Source of the DNA: Bacteroidota bacterium | GTDB lineage: Bacteria > Bacteroidota > Bacteroidia > SXHM01 | Length of the DNA stretch: 64,000 nt | Reading direction: 5' to 3' | Assembly (NCBI GenBank): GCA_947479755.1 | Contig: CANKAM010000015.1 | Location: 4,441-68,440 of the forward strand | Shown here: positions 1 to 9,677 of the stretch, one piece after another | Position numbering within the stretch: the first letter of the stretch is position 1 | Layout of the letters: each line of letters begins with the position of its first letter | The notes under the pieces: model-generated | What the model was told of the DNA's origin: nothing | Databases searched by the model: none | The model's input: only the letters and a program-made list of their open reading frames with translations | Translations under genes and position numbers: made by a program

Positions 1-920
1 GCACTTCGCAAGGGCAGTTCAATATCAAAGACCCGCGCTATGCACAATATACTATTGACCGTACAGGCGTGCTTCAGTTTATTGCAGAAGAAGTGCAGGA
101 TTCACTTTGCGTAATCGGTTTTCCTACTATGACTCTTTACGCGAAAACAAATCCGGGCGGTGCATCGGAAGGCGACCCAACCGATACCGACTTTATGGTG
201 CGTATCGTTGATGTATATCCTGACGGACGCGAATTCTTTGTGATTGAAGGCTGCGTAAATGCACGTGCACGTGATTATGTGCGCAATTTAGTGGAACATC
301 CTGAGATGGACAGCGAATGGCCTTACCCCAATGACCAGACACCTTATACCAATATTGAGGCGGGAAAAATTTATGAGTATGTTTTCTCAATGCCTCCTAT
401 TGCTTACACCTTTGGTGACGGACACAAAATTAAAATCCTTGTCAGCAGCAGTATTTTCAGCCGTTTTCAGGTTAATCCAAACCTACCTATTGAGGATGGT
501 GAATTTTTCAGACGCAAACCCGGTGACGGACAAACGTATGTTTATCAGGGCGTAGAAATGGCTCCCCGCATAGCGGTTCAGCGTGTTCACTTTTCGCCTG
601 AACATCCTACCAACATCAGCCTGCCTATTTACACCAACCTGTACACCGATGTTGCGGATGACGATTCACCTCCGCTATTTACCTTGGATGCCTTGGTTTA
701 TCCTAACCCTGCACAAACCGATGTTACCGTGTTCATGAACAAAAAATCAAACTACGTAGCACGTGTTATGAATATTGCAGGCGACCTGGTAACAACCTCG
801 CCTCAATTTGCCGAGCAGATAAAATTAGATGTAAACAAACTTTCTGCAGGATTGTATTTTGTAGAAGTTACCGATATGAAAACACAGGATAAAGTGGTGA
901 AGAAGATTAACGTGTTGTAA
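1..920 (+). CDS. CocE/NonD (X-Pro dipeptidyl-peptidase C-terminal domain) family hydrolase, C-terminal fragment with T9SS C-terminal sorting domain; 5' end lies outside the window
   Basis: The reading frame is open from position 3 with no upstream stop. The segment ...VRIVDVYPDGREFFVIEGCVNARARDY... is typical of the CocE/NonD C-terminal beta-sandwich. The tail LVYPNPAQTDVTV...GLYFVEVTDMKTQDKVVKKINVL is a canonical T9SS CTD. Confidence 0.6.
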   Translation, partial: TSQGQFNIKDPRYAQYTIDRTGVLQFIAEEVQDSLCVIGFPTMTLYAKTNPGGASEGDPTDTDFMVRIVDVYPDGREFFVIEGCVNARARDYVRNLVEHPEMDSEWPYPNDQTPYTNIEAGKIYEYVFSMPPIAYTFGDGHKIKILVSSSIFSRFQVNPNLPIEDGEFFRRKPGDGQTYVYQGVEMAPRIAVQRVHFSPEHPTNISLPIYTNLYTDVADDDSPPLFTLDALVYPNPAQTDVTVFMNKKSNYVARVMNIAGDLVTTSPQFAEQIKLDVNKLSAGLYFVEVTDMKTQDKVVKKINVL

Positions 921-936
921 TATTCTTCAGACCAAA

Positions 937-971
937 TAAGAAAGCCCGCGCAAATGCGCGGGCTTTCTTAT
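937..971. terminator. Bidirectional rho-independent terminator hairpin between convergent genes
   Basis: The sequence aagaaagcccgcgc-aaat-gcgcgggctttctt is a perfect GC-rich stem with A/T-rich flanks. Confidence 0.55.
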
Positions 972-988
972 TTTAAGCTATTAAAGAT

Positions 989-1606
989 TTAATGTGTTGC
1001 CGGAGCAGTTTCAGCCGTTTTCAGCGAATCACCTGTTGCTATTTCTGCAACCGCAGGCGCTTCATCGGGCATACTTTCAACAAGTGCTTTAAGGTTGTTA
1101 AGACCCTGTTCAAAGTCTTTCCCGATTGTACCATCCATCATCAGTCCGAAGTAATGTGCCATAGGATTCATACCCAAATCCATGTCCATTCCCCAAACAA
1201 CTTTTGTGTTCTCGCCTTCGGGCGCAAAATTGAAGAACCCTGTTCCTTCGCCATACTCCTCTCCGGCCTCACCAAAAAGCATCTTGGCTTTAATGGCCTC
1301 GTTAGGTACGCTTTCAGTTATCGTCTGACTTCCCGAGCCCACTTCTTTGTGGTCGCTTTTCCAGGTGTTGGTATTTCCTACACCCGATTCAGGTCCTGTA
1401 TAATTATTCTGAACATTAGGATCTTTTTTCTGCCACGGATCCCAGGCAGCCCATTTCTGAAGACTGTTTACTTCATTGAAAATTTTTGCAGCCGGTGCAT
1501 TAATAACAATGCTGCGCTCCACATGCACCTTTGATGGAAGAACCAGCGAAACAAGCAGCGCCAACACTATGATGCCGCCAATTACAAGTAATACTTTTTT
1601 TAACAT
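989..1606 (-). CDS. SRPBCC (START/Bet v1-like) family secreted protein
   Basis: There is an N-terminal hydrophobic anchor or signal (LLVIGGIIVLALLVSLVL). The size is about 200 aa, and the composition and pattern resemble polyketide-cyclase/SRPBCC-fold proteins. This is a weak, pattern-based call. Confidence 0.4.
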   Translation of the reverse strand: MLKKVLLVIGGIIVLALLVSLVLPSKVHVERSIVINAPAAKIFNEVNSLQKWAAWDPWQKKDPNVQNNYTGPESGVGNTNTWKSDHKEVGSGSQTITESVPNEAIKAKMLFGEAGEEYGEGTGFFNFAPEGENTKVVWGMDMDLGMNPMAHYFGLMMDGTIGKDFEQGLNNLKALVESMPDEAPAVAEIATGDSLKTAETAPATH

Positions 1607-1730
1607 GATATTTAGTTTTTAAGAGTTAATAATTAGGCTTTAGTTATAACGAAAGTATAAAAATTCATTTTAAATCAAAAGTCTGATTCATGAAAAGCGT
1701 TCGCATATATTATTTAGTTTTGAAAAAATT

Positions 1731-2453
1731 ATGCGAATGAAAAAGTTTTGTCTCTTGCTTCTTACCTCTTGCTTCCTGTTTCTTTTCGGAAATGCTCAGG
1801 AAGTTCTTTTGCATGAAGAAGTAACAGCCGACACCATTACCCCAACATTTGGCCCAAACTACCGCAATTTTCTGCATTCGTTTATGGGCTATGGCGCTAC
1901 CTTTGGCGGAACCGAAGGCCCGGGAACAGCAATTCGCTATGGCAACTCAGGCAACTTTCTGTTTGGTCTCCGTTATAAATACCGTGTCAGCAATTTCTTC
2001 TCATGGGGTACCGATGCCTACTATAGCGGACTGTTTTATGCTATTAAACAAGACTCACTCAAAGCCTTCCCCGATACACTTATAAACGACAAAGAACGCC
2101 TCACCTTTCACAGCCTGAGTATAGCACCTTATCTGCGCTTTAACCTTGAAAAGAAACGCGGAAACCGTGTAGGCAATTTCATTGACATTGGCGCTTATGG
2201 CGAGTGGACCTTCCGTCTTTCGCAGTTCACCAGAAACAAACTTCCCGATGGAAGAGTGGTGCGTGCTACCGCCACCGGTCTTGATTATTACCATGCTCTG
2301 AATTACGGAGCAATGGCGCGACTGGGTTTTAACCGTTGGATATTTTTTGCTTCGTGGCGCTTTTCAGATTTATTCAAAACTTCAAAAACCCACCCTGTCT
2401 TGCCACCTGAATTACCCAGACTTACTGTTGGAGTGCAGGTTGGGTTTTATTAA
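1731..2453 (+). CDS. Outer-membrane beta-barrel protein (porin-like)
   Basis: It has a signal peptide (MRMKKFCLLLLTSCFLFLFGNAQ), alternating amphipathic strands, and an aromatic C-terminus (..VGFY). Confidence 0.5.
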   Translation: MRMKKFCLLLLTSCFLFLFGNAQEVLLHEEVTADTITPTFGPNYRNFLHSFMGYGATFGGTEGPGTAIRYGNSGNFLFGLRYKYRVSNFFSWGTDAYYSGLFYAIKQDSLKAFPDTLINDKERLTFHSLSIAPYLRFNLEKKRGNRVGNFIDIGAYGEWTFRLSQFTRNKLPDGRVVRATATGLDYYHALNYGAMARLGFNRWIFFASWRFSDLFKTSKTHPVLPPELPRLTVGVQVGFY

Positions 2454-2457
2454 AACC

Positions 2458-2548
2458 CGTCATTGCGAGGAAGCAACGACCGAAGCAATCTCCTGATTAA
2501 ACTACTGCATATTATAATGAGATTGCTTCGCTATCGCTCGCAATGACG
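2458..2548. repeat. Nested imperfect palindromic intergenic element (terminator-like) between convergent genes
   Basis: The outer stem is cgtcattgcgag (2458-2469) paired with ctcgcaatgacg (2537-2548). The inner stem is cgaagcaatctc (2481-2492) paired with gagattgcttcg (2519-2530). The ends are CGTCA..TGACG, as in the other REP-like elements of this window. Confidence 0.5.
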
Positions 2549-2552
2549 AAAA

Positions 2553-4223
<1,671 letters not shown>

Positions 4224-4255
4224 TTAAAAACACTTATTGAAAGTATATTTGTTGC

Positions 4256-6058
4256 GTGAGCCAAGAAAAGGAACAGCATCTTAAAAATATCATCTCCACC
4301 CTGCCCGACAATCCTGGAGTGTACCGTTTTTCCAACGAAGAGGGAACTATTATTTATGTGGGCAAAGCCCGAAACCTGAAGAAAAGGGTAAGCAGTTACT
4401 TCAACCGCGAACAATACGAAAACCGTAAAACATGGGTGATGGTGAACAAGGTTGCAGATATTGCATACACCGTTGTTGAAACCGAACTTGATGCCCTTCT
4501 TCTTGAAAACAGCCTGATAAAAAAATACCAGCCACGCTATAATATCCGTCTCAAAGACGATAAAAGTTTTCCATGGATTTGTATCCGTGACGAACATTTT
4601 CCGCGTGTTTATGCCATGCGCAATCCGGTTAAAGATGGTTCAACTTATTATGGTCCTTATGCAAATGTGAAGATGATGCATGCCGTGCTGGAGCTGGCAC
4701 GCAGACTTTATCCAATCAGAACATGTAATTTGAATTTGACTGAAGAAAATATAAAGGCAAAAAAATTCAAAGTGTGTCTGGAATACCAGATCGGCAATTG
4801 CCTTGGTCCTTGTGAAGGTTTGCAAAGTGAGCAGGAATACAATGAAAATCTGCAACAGGTAAAACACATCATCAAAGGAAATATCCGTTCAGTTTTGGAG
4901 CATCTTGAAACGCAGATGAACGATTTTGCTGTGAAATTAGAATTTGAAAAGGCTCAGGTTGTGAAGCACAAACTTGATATGGTGGAAAAGTTCCGCGGTA
5001 AGTCAACTGTTGTGAATCCTGCGATTGGCAAGGTGGATGTGTTCAGCATTATGAGCGATGAGAAAAATGCGTACGTAAATTTTATGCGTGTAGTGGATGG
5101 AGCCATTGTGCAAACCCACACTATTGAGTTGAATAAACGATTGGATGAAAGCGATGAAGAATTATTATCGTTTGCAATCGGAGAAATTTTTGAACTCTTC
5201 GGAAGCGAGATGAAGGAAGCGATTGTGCCGTTCAGCCCCGGAATTGAATTTCCGGGTGTTGAATTTTTTGTTCCTCAACGCGGTGATAAAAAAAGTCTGT
5301 TGGATCTTTCGTTGCGTAATGCAAAATATTTCCGTCAGGATAAACTGCGAATACAGGAAAAAATAAATCCTGAGCGACATACACAGCGAATATTGGAGCA
5401 AATGAAAGTTGATTTGAGGATGAAGGAATTGCCTGCACACATTGAATGTTTTGACAATTCCAACATACAAGGTGCACACCCTGTTTCGGCAATGGTGGTT
5501 TTCAAAAATGCCAAGCCGTCCAAAAAAGATTATCGGCATTTTAACATACGCACAGTGGTAGGTCCTGATGATTTTGCATCCATGGAAGAAGTAATTACCA
5601 GACGTTACTCTCGCATGCTGGAAGAAAACCAACACATGCCCCAACTGATAATTATTGATGGCGGCAAAGGACAACTGAGCAGCGCATTGCAAAGTCTTGA
5701 AAAATTAGGACTGCGCGGAAAGATCACTGTCATCGGCATTGCAAAAAAACTGGAAGAGATTTATTTCCCTGGAGATTCGCTACCGCTTTATATAGACAAA
5801 AAATCAGAAACACTGAAAGTTATTCAACATGCGCGTAATGAAGCGCACCGCTTTGGAATTACTCACCACCGAAATCGCAGAAGCAAAGCAACCGTAAAAA
5901 CTGAACTGACTGAAATAAAAGGTATCAGCAACATTACCGCACAGAAATTATTGAAAACTTTTGGTTCAGTAAAAAAACTAAAAGAAGTAACGGAAGAAGA
6001 AATTTCAAAAGTGATTGGAAAGGCGAAAGGGAAATTGGTAGCCGAACATTTTAAATAG
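4256..6058 (+). CDS. uvrC: Excinuclease ABC subunit C
   Basis: A GIY-YIG N-terminus is present (GVYRFSNEEGTIIYVGKARNLKKRVSSYF). The length is 600 aa and the C-terminus is an RNase H-like/HhH region. It starts with GTG. Confidence 0.93.
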   Translation: MSQEKEQHLKNIISTLPDNPGVYRFSNEEGTIIYVGKARNLKKRVSSYFNREQYENRKTWVMVNKVADIAYTVVETELDALLLENSLIKKYQPRYNIRLKDDKSFPWICIRDEHFPRVYAMRNPVKDGSTYYGPYANVKMMHAVLELARRLYPIRTCNLNLTEENIKAKKFKVCLEYQIGNCLGPCEGLQSEQEYNENLQQVKHIIKGNIRSVLEHLETQMNDFAVKLEFEKAQVVKHKLDMVEKFRGKSTVVNPAIGKVDVFSIMSDEKNAYVNFMRVVDGAIVQTHTIELNKRLDESDEELLSFAIGEIFELFGSEMKEAIVPFSPGIEFPGVEFFVPQRGDKKSLLDLSLRNAKYFRQDKLRIQEKINPERHTQRILEQMKVDLRMKELPAHIECFDNSNIQGAHPVSAMVVFKNAKPSKKDYRHFNIRTVVGPDDFASMEEVITRRYSRMLEENQHMPQLIIIDGGKGQLSSALQSLEKLGLRGKITVIGIAKKLEEIYFPGDSLPLYIDKKSETLKVIQHARNEAHRFGITHHRNRRSKATVKTELTEIKGISNITAQKLLKTFGSVKKLKEVTEEEISKVIGKAKGKLVAEHFK

Positions 6059-6062
6059 ACAT

Positions 6063-6130
6063 TTCGTCACCTTGAACTTGTTTCAGGGTCTTTCTTATAG
6101 AGATGCTGAAACGAGTTCAGCATGACGAAA
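6063..6130. repeat. REP-like nested palindromic element (GTCACCYTGAACTTGTTTCAGGGTC family), copy A
   Basis: The sequence is ttcgtcaccttgaacttgtttcagggtc..gatgctgaaacgagttcagcatgacgaa, which contains two internal hairpins plus outer CGTCA/TGACG arms. It is more than 85% identical to the copy at 7184-7243. Confidence 0.7.
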
Positions 6131-6134
6131 CTTA

Positions 6135-7169
6135 CTACTTCCTATGATTTTCAATCTTATCAATAAACCCTCCAAACAAAATCTGCTTCACGCCCTCCTG
6201 AGTTAAAAATTCATGTGGAAATCCTAACTCAATTTTGCTCACTTCATTCATTCTGTTGATATGCTCCTGACTTAGTTTTACGTCAACACATTTCAGATTG
6301 TCTTTCAATTGTGCAGCATTTCGTGCGCCTACCACAGGAATTACAACACCTTTATGATTCATAACCTATTGCAATGCTACATTTCCTGCTGAACAGCCAA
6401 TTTCTTCTGCAATCTTAACCACCTCGGCAGCGATAGCCACTGAACGTTCGTTTATTCGTTTGCTTCCTTCTTTTATTCGTTTCGGGTCGTCACTTTTGGC
6501 AAGGTATTTTCCTGTTAGAGCGCCTCCTGCAAGGGGAGCCCAAGCTGTAGCAGCCAAGCCCAATTCATTTGCCATAGGCAACAAGTCACGCTCGGCATCG
6601 CGGGTAATTAAACTGTATTCAACCTGAATTCCAGCAAAGGCAGTCCACCCTCGCAAATCAGCAATTGCATCGGAGCGCGAAATAATCCATGCCGGAGTGT
6701 CTGAAATAGCAATGTGTAAGACTTTTCCTGAACGCACCATATCATCCAAGGGGCGCAATACTTCTTCAATGGGTGTAGTGAAATCCCATGCGTGAACATA
6801 AAGCACATCCACATAATCCAAACCCAAACGTTTCAGACTTCCATCTAAAGTTTGAACTAAGTTTTTGCGGTGATTCCCACTGTCGTTTATTCTTCCGATT
6901 TTGGTGGCAAGACTGTATTTTGTAGCAACAACCAGTTCATCTCTTCTTCCGCTATCTTTAATAAACTCACCAAGAAATTTTTCGCTCGTTCCTTCAGTAT
7001 AGCGGTTGGCGGTATCGATAAAATTTCCACCTGCTTCCAGAAAGGCATTAAATATGTTTTGGCTTTCTTGTTTATTGGCTCCGTAGCCCCATTCCTCTCC
7101 AAAAGTCATAGTGCCCAGGCAAATTTCAGATACACGTAAGCCTGATTTTCCAAATAGTTTGTAGTTCAT
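6135..7169 (-). pseudogene. Aldo/keto reductase interrupted by a single in-frame TAG (two ORFs, 6366..7169 and 6135..6362, in the same frame)
   Basis: The reverse-strand translation reads ...GCSAGNVALQ*VMNHKGVVIPVVGARNAAQLKDNL. The stop sits where AKRs carry the conserved Trp of the VALAW motif, so TGG became TAG. The rest of the protein has full-length AKR hallmarks: DTANRY, a Lys-containing ..ATK.., and IPVVGAR. Confidence 0.7.
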
Positions 7170-7183
7170 AGATTTTTATTTGA

Positions 7184-7243
7184 ACGTCACCCTGAACTTG
7201 TTTCAGGGTCTTAAAATGAGATGCTGAAACAAGTCAGCAAGAC
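7184..7243. repeat. REP-like nested palindromic element, copy B (direct orientation relative to copy A)
   Basis: The sequence is acgtcaccctgaacttgtttcagggtc..gagatgctgaaacaagtcagcaagacg. Confidence 0.7.
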
Positions 7244-7257
7244 GGATGGATAGCTAA

Positions 7258-7554
7258 TTAGTTCCACATCAGTTCAGGAAAACGCAATGCCTTGCTTTCC
7301 ACAAAAGCCAGTTCATCAATTTTCACTTTCATGAATTTGAATAAAGGGAAACGCTTGATAACTCTGCGCACATGGTCTTCGTCTTTTGCATTAAACGCAA
7401 TCCATAGTTTTGAACGGTCAGCTGCAAGCGAATAGTTGAGAATGATATTTTTTTCCACCAAACGATTTACAACAAAACGCTGTTGCGGAATGAGTGAGAT
7501 AAATTCTTCCGTCAGTGTTTCGGGAAGAATAATGGTTGCCATAAACTTTTGCAT
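7258..7554 (-). CDS. Small hypothetical protein (ferredoxin-like/muconolactone-isomerase-like fold suspected)
   Basis: The ORF is 7258..7623. The ATG at 7554 (MQKFMATIILPE..) gives a compact protein of about 98 aa. No confident family assignment could be made. Confidence 0.35.
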   Translation of the reverse strand: MQKFMATIILPETLTEEFISLIPQQRFVVNRLVEKNIILNYSLAADRSKLWIAFNAKDEDHVRRVIKRFPLFKFMKVKIDELAFVESKALRFPELMWN

Positions 7555-7647
7555 CGTAAACTTTTTTGATGAATGATTGTTTATTAGGTATCGCAAATTT
7601 AATTCAATTAATTTGCATTCCATAGATTAAACTTCAATTCATAACAA

Positions 7648-8397
7648 ATGGCAATAACAATTGTTCCAAAAGACAAGCAAGCCAGTGGGCATTTTAACGG
7701 TGGCGCTATCATGGAGAAGAAACCTATCGGCTTTCCGCAGGATGGCGGTGGCGTGAAAGCCTATTCCAACCTTTTTTACTGGGCTCACGCATGGAGCGAT
7801 AAAGGAAGCCTGATTGGCGAACATCCACACAAAGGGTTTGAAATTTTATCATTTGTGCTGGAAGGCGATATTGAACATTACGATAGCAAACTGCGTGGCT
7901 GGAAACCCTTGAAGAAAGGCGATGCACAAATTATCCGTGCAGGGCACGGAATTTCACATGCCGAAAAAGTAAATGCAAAATCTGAAATTTTTCAAATCTG
8001 GTTTGACCCAAACCTTGAAAAAACTCTGACAAAACCGGCTACCTATAATGATTATCCCGATGCTGAATTTCCTGTTACCAAACAAAACGGAATGAGTATT
8101 AAAACATTTAAAGGAGAAAATTCTCCTTTACAAATGGATACCGAAGGTGTCTCCATAAAAGAATTTACGTTGAGTGAAGGGGATCATAAATTACCACTCG
8201 ACAAGAATTCTGTTTACTCGGTATTTGTTGTGGGCGGAACTGTTCTTGCAGAAAATAATCTAATGAATAAAGGTGATTACTCCATTATCAAAGAACAGGA
8301 AACAGTTGAGATTTCTGCCACTCAGGAAAGTAAATTATTTATTATAGAAACGCCTCTTAGTCCAAGTTACAGGACGTATGCAGAGATGTATATGTAG
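7648..8397 (+). CDS. Pirin family protein (bicupin)
   Basis: It carries an HPHKGFEI..EGDIEH metal-binding cupin motif, and its 249-aa size is typical of pirin/YhhW. Confidence 0.8.
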   Translation: MAITIVPKDKQASGHFNGGAIMEKKPIGFPQDGGGVKAYSNLFYWAHAWSDKGSLIGEHPHKGFEILSFVLEGDIEHYDSKLRGWKPLKKGDAQIIRAGHGISHAEKVNAKSEIFQIWFDPNLEKTLTKPATYNDYPDAEFPVTKQNGMSIKTFKGENSPLQMDTEGVSIKEFTLSEGDHKLPLDKNSVYSVFVVGGTVLAENNLMNKGDYSIIKEQETVEISATQESKLFIIETPLSPSYRTYAEMYM

Positions 8398-8410
8398 CCT
8401 CACCCCAACC

Positions 8411-8433
8411 CTCTCCGGGGAGAGGGAGCAAAG
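8411..8433. terminator. Palindromic hairpin (ccctctccGGggagaggg) between convergent genes
   Basis: It is a perfect 8-bp GC-rich inverted repeat immediately after the stop of the pirin gene. Confidence 0.45.
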
Positions 8434-8435
8434 TG

Positions 8436-9641
8436 CTATTGAGTTTGGGTTAAATACAGACTTAGTTTTTTCGCAATCTCCTCATACGCTTTCCCGTTCG
8501 GGTGCGGGTCGCTGTAATGACTGCGGTATTCTTTTGAATTAATGTCAAAGAGCAACGAGTAATCCACAAAATCAATATTGCTTTTGGCAAGTAGCGCAGC
8601 CAACTCACCTGAGCATTTTGAACCCGGACAAAACAGCACTATAAACTTTGAACCCGGAAAATTTTTCTCAAATTCTTTTTTGCTTTCCTTAATTACGGCA
8701 GCAGCTAATTTAAAATTATCATCACTTATAGTGAACGGAATTTCCAAATCCAGAATATCAACAATAGCGCTATTGGTAAGAACTTTGTAGAAAAGAGTTT
8801 TCCATTTTCTTCCTGTTTTGAAAGTTCCGTCTTGTTGTAATTTCTTTTCATCATCCAAAAAGAAATACGGAAAATTTTCGCCCCAAAGTTTTATTATTCT
8901 GCGTGAGCCAATCAAACGATTAAGATGGTTATCAATGAAAAAATAAATCAGAATTCCATGTTTCTGTTTTATTTCTGTGGGTGTTACTTTTTCTCTTGTC
9001 TGCAATAACAAATGTTGTGTTCCATAACCTGAAACTCCATAGTTGTAACCTTTATATCCGGGCATTTGTTGTTGCAGAAAATAAGGAAGTGTTTCATTTT
9101 CTTTTACTCCATAACCAAAAGCAAAAGAACAGCCCGCAACTGCAATAAATTTATCTTTTGCAATTGTATCAGTTGGAGTTTCTCTTCTTGAAAACGAATC
9201 AATTTTATAGTTCTGTTCGTAAATCAAGGTATCGTTTACAAGGTAGCGATGATTGATGATTTTATTCTTGGGAAGGCGGTAAGCAAATATGCTGTCGGGA
9301 ACAGTTGGCTGGGGTTTCCATTCGGTTACATCTTTAAAAGGCGGTTTGTAAAAATGTTTGAAATAATAGCGTGTTCCGAATTCTGCACAACAGAAAACTA
9401 TAAACGAAACAAACAGGCCGAAATAGAGTGCAGATAGCTTGGGAAATCTTCTTGCTGAGACAGAGAGCAATAAAAGAATAATAACAGGAAGTAGAAAAAA
9501 CACATCTGCGATAAGAACAAGAAAGCGCACAAAATAATCTACCTCTCGTTCAGTGGGCAATACAAATTCAAACGCCCATTCGTTCAGCGCAAGAGCTAAT
9601 AGAAAAAGAATAAACCCGAATATCCGAGCAGAGATTTGCAA
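8436..9641 (-). CDS. Membrane-anchored SGNH/GDSL-type hydrolase family protein
   Basis: There are three N-terminal transmembrane segments. The C-terminus ..YSDPHPNGKAYEEIAKKL resembles the SGNH catalytic His block (DxxHP). Confidence 0.4.
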   Translation of the reverse strand: MQISARIFGFILFLLALALNEWAFEFVLPTEREVDYFVRFLVLIADVFFLLPVIILLLLSVSARRFPKLSALYFGLFVSFIVFCCAEFGTRYYFKHFYKPPFKDVTEWKPQPTVPDSIFAYRLPKNKIINHRYLVNDTLIYEQNYKIDSFSRRETPTDTIAKDKFIAVAGCSFAFGYGVKENETLPYFLQQQMPGYKGYNYGVSGYGTQHLLLQTREKVTPTEIKQKHGILIYFFIDNHLNRLIGSRRIIKLWGENFPYFFLDDEKKLQQDGTFKTGRKWKTLFYKVLTNSAIVDILDLEIPFTISDDNFKLAAAVIKESKKEFEKNFPGSKFIVLFCPGSKCSGELAALLAKSNIDFVDYSLLFDINSKEYRSHYSDPHPNGKAYEEIAKKLSLYLTQTQ

Positions 9642-9677
9642 GCGATTTTTTCAGGTAAAGATAAGAAGTAACAGAAA

